Source: Azolla caroliniana
Lineage: Eukaryota > Plantae > Polypodiophyta
Reading direction: 5' to 3'
Length of the DNA stretch: 12,054 bases
Assembly: GCA_043228905.1 (NCBI GenBank)
Contig: JBHGNT010001104.1
Span: forward strand, 1-12,054
Within the stretch, counting starts at the first letter, position 1, and the number at the start of each line of letters is the position of its first letter. Below the pieces are notes generated by a model, which had not been told where the DNA came from, searched no databases, and saw nothing but the letters and a program-made list of their open reading frames with translations. Below, piece after piece: positions 8,593 through 12,054 of this stretch. The position numbers and the translations under genes are program-made.

Positions 8593-11500
8593 CATACACA
8601 TTAGCACCAACAGTGTATAAACCGGAGCAGCTATTGTATTCTGACATTGGGACGTTGATGCATCTGACCAAATGAGAGTACATATACGCCGCTGGTTTGT
8701 CTTCTAACAGCCTGTACACATATTCGTAGTCATCTAGTTTTGCATAAAAAATGCCTTCGATGTAGAATGTCCCGGTAGATACAAAATTTCCCCATGCATC
8801 TACAATATTCTGCCTTGCACACTGTTTACTAACCGTGCACTTTAATATATAGAAATCAGCACCCTCTGAATTGCCTTCTTCAGCATTTACAGCGAAGTTA
8901 TCCCCAACGTTCAGGACATCACTCAAAGTATCTCCAAGTCCCTCATATGTGAAGTCAGCATTCTGCCCTGTTTCTCCATCAACTGCTTCCTTATCATTCA
9001 GAGTGTGATACTCCCAATTCTGAATGTATGCTTTGTTTAGACAATATCTCCAATTTCCCTGCACACAATGGAAGCAAAAACAAGTCAATTCTCTAACCGC
9101 AATACAATGACCATCCAACCTGGAATAACCGCGAACAACATGCAGAGATCGCAATTCGGGAATTCCTTGGCACTCCCAGGTCTTCTCCCTATTTACTTCA
9201 TCTATCTTCACTTCCCAAAATTCACGTTTGATATCTCGGACTTGCGAGGAATAAACACCTGTGGCACTCGTTGACATATTTGTTCTTAAAAATTCAACTA
9301 CATGTGATGCACAATTCATGTGCACACCATCTGTCTTTAGTTGTTCATGGGTAAGTGCCCGCTTTATAACAGCCCCTGCACCATCATGTTCACCTTTACC
9401 ATGGCCAGACCCAAAAATATTCCATCTCATCTCCAAACCTGTTATAGCAGGATACCTCCCCACAAAATAAAATGGACGTCGAGCCTTGAATTGTGACGCA
9501 GCTCCGTCAGACCAGACCCAATGTTGAGTAAGCTCCAAACGTTGAGCTAATAACCACTGCCAATGTAACTTAAAACAGTGTTGGACGAACAAGGTATCAT
9601 GCTTCTTATCATCGGAAATAAAGAAATGAATTACTTTTTTAACATCACCTGAAACTCGAAAATATGTTATGTGCACAAAAATGGTTACCTGAACTGAACA
9701 CCAATGCATAGATTGAATTTCATTCTGCTGCTTGAAAGTATAATTCTCTGCGAAATCTACTACTGAGACTACTACATCATTTGGGAAATCAGATATGCAA
9801 GTCTTAAACTGATGGGCCTGCCATGAATAAATGAAGTTGTGTTTAATGAACTTTCCTAGAGATACTACAAACAGAGACACCAAATCCCTTGGTTTAAGCA
9901 TCTTCCGAACTAGATCCTTTCTTTTACACACCTTTCCTTCGAAATTGGTGTTCACTGACTCAAATAACTTCACAGAGATCAATATTTCACTACTCAATTC
10001 ATTTGGACACCACCTAAATCTAGTAGGGCCACAATCTTGACATAAACCCATGACACATTTATGAATATGGAAGATAGCGTCAGATTCTCTCGGACACAAT
10101 ATTGAATCTAATAAATAACTCATGGAAGAGATAACGTGCTCAGATGATTTACACTCCTCTTGCGGGCTTGATCGACAGATTGGGCACCCACATGTGCAAA
10201 CTGTATTAGTTAGGGATGCGCTATGGTGACGTAGTAGATTAACAGAGTCCTTCAGAAAACCCATCTGTACATGGTAAATGCAACAACATGTGTATCGATC
10301 CTTTAAGTGTCTCACAAAGTGTGGCTTAAGAGACTCGAATGTTCGTAGTTGAACTTTGATAGTTGGATGCATTCGTTTGAACCTAATAAATAAATCGACC
10401 TGCGTAATAAAGGGGAATTAGTTATTCTCGTAACTAGCTAACTATCCTAGTAGCTAATTAGCTATTCTAGTAGCTAGTTAGCTATTCTAGTAGCTAGTTA
10501 GCTATTCTAGTAGCTAATTAGCTATCATGGTAGCTAATTAGTTGTCCTAGTAGCTAGTTAGCTATCATGGTAGTTAATTAGCTGTCGTAGTAGCTAATTA
10601 GCTATCATGGTAGCTAATTAGCTATTCTAGTAGCTAATTAGCTATCATGGTAGCTAATTAGCTGTCGTAGTAGCTAATTAGCTATCATGGTAGCTAATTA
10701 GTTGTCCTAGTAGCTAATTGGTTGTCCTAGTAGCTAATTAGCTATCATGGTAGCTAATTAGCTGTCCTAGTAGCTAATTAGTTGTCCTAGTAGCTAATTA
10801 GCTATCATGGTGGCTAATTAGCTTGTCTAGTAGCTAATTAGCTATCATGGTGGCTAATTAGCTTTCCTAGTAACTAATTAGCTATCATGGTAGCTAATTA
10901 GATGGTCTAGTAGCTAATTAGCTATCGTGGTAGCTAATTAGCTGGTCTAGTAGCTAATTAGCTATAATGGTGGTTGATTAGCTTTCCTAGTAACTAATTA
11001 GATATCATGGTAGCTAATTAGCTGGTATAGTAGCTAATTAGCTATCATGGTAGCTAATTAGCTATCACGGTGGCTAATTAGCTGTCCTAGTAACTAATTA
11101 GCTATCATGGTAGCTAATTAGCTGGTCTAGTAGCTAATTAGCTATAATGGTGGCTAATTAGCTATCCTAACTAATTAGCTATCATGGTAGTAGCTATTGA
11201 GAGTAGCCAGTTACCTATGTAGTAGCTATCATAGTAGCTAATTAGCTATCATGGTAGCTAATTAGCTATCATGGTAGCTAATTAGCTTTCCTAGTAGCTA
11301 ATTAGCTGGTAATAACGAAATAGCTAACTAGCTACCATGATAGCTAACTAGCTAGCAGTACAGCTAATTATCTGGTAGTACCTAAATTAGCTATTGAGAA
11401 TAGGTAATTAGCTATCATGGTAGTAACTATTGAGAGTAGCTAGTTACCTATGTAGTAGCGATCCTAGTAGCTAACTGAGGTAAATGTAACTGATAAGCTA

Positions 11501-12052
11501 ATTAGCTTTTCTGCTAACTGAGCTAATTAACTTTCCGAGTAGAGTCAAAACAAATGTTGAGATAAATGTAAATACCTGAGGTACATCAAGAAGATGAATG
11601 GGATGCTCCTCGTATTGATTTCTTCCAACACGTTTCCTGCATAAATCCTTTTTATTGGGTGAAACCCTACTCTCATTAGTCCAAAACATTGTGATTACAT
11701 CCTTGATTTCAAATGTTATGGGTGTCATTGGCTTACATCTTGTAGTTAGCTTTAGTAGACTAGTTCCTTCACCCGAGGAAATTATACGGTTCATTGTATT
11801 GTACACTGTTTTTCTACTAACACCAATTACCTTAGATAGCTCACTGATGTTTATATCGTCAACATCACTATTAAGTAACATCATTAGACTAGACCTTTTT
11901 AAGACAAGATCATCTTCTGACCTGCTCATGGATACGAAACTATTACGAAGATTATTTACTAAAATAGATGATATGTTTGCATTAAGACCATCACAATCAA
12001 CTAAGTCCTTTATCGATGGATCATTACATATTCCATAAAGTACTACCTTCTT
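8558..12052 (-). CDS. Sola-like (Sola2-type motifs) DDD transposase, spliced (exons >12052-11576 and 10399-8558), 5' end beyond the window
   Basis: A phase-0 intron at 11575-10400 (CAG|GTATTT...TTACGCAG|) joins ...HPIHLLDVPQ to VDLFIRFKRMHPTIKV... The upstream frame is open to the window edge, giving at least 772 aa. HTH-like ISELSKVIGVSRKTVYNTM; Cys/His clusters (CCCIYH, CVMGLCQDC, CFCFHC); catalytic triad VDFAENY (D 9755-9757), WSDGAASQFK (D 9506-9508), HGKGEHDGAG (D 9383-9385). Confidence 0.85.
10432..11528. repeat. 1.1-kb palindromic minisatellite (20-bp units alternating TAGCTAATTAGCTATCATGG / TAGCTAATTAGCTGTCCTAG)
   Basis: Read directly. It lies within the transposase intron 10400-11575. 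Confidence 0.97.
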
Positions 12053-12054
12053 TT

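Larger units (their letters stand above)
2812..12054 (-). mobile_element. Large Sola-like DNA transposon with cargo genes (other end outside the window)
   Basis: Intact DDD transposase. The AGCTAATTAGCT motif is shared across 2829-2881, 4409-6101, 8065-8377 and 10432-11528 and is absent left of 2829. The left boundary is tentative (GAG at 2812). Confidence 0.65.

Noticed and set aside
9068-12038. Plus-strand ORFs 9068-9274, 9261-9470, 9831-10040 and 11655-12038
   Set aside because: Antisense shadows of the transposase exons.

Overview
Eukaryotic, repeat-rich DNA, probably from a land plant (inferred from GT-AG introns, telo-box repeats and Ty3/gypsy debris). Bases ~1-2800 are decayed LTR-retrotransposon material: two Gag remnants, an LTR-like fragment and a probable solo LTR. 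From ~2812 to the window end lies what looks like one large, apparently intact DNA transposon. It carries a spliced minus-strand Sola-like (Sola2-type motifs) DDD transposase of more than 770 aa, whose 5' end is outside the window. Converging on it are plus-strand cargo ORFs: a multi-exon coiled-coil/RING-H2 protein and a repeat-containing FCP1/SCP-like HAD domain with altered catalytic residues. A palindromic TAGCTAATTAGCTA satellite, with stop codons in all six frames, fills one in-phase intron of the RING gene and one of the transposase. It also recurs at the putative terminus and between the convergent 3' ends. Another intron is filled with telo-box repeats. All family assignments come from motif recognition by eye, not from database searches.
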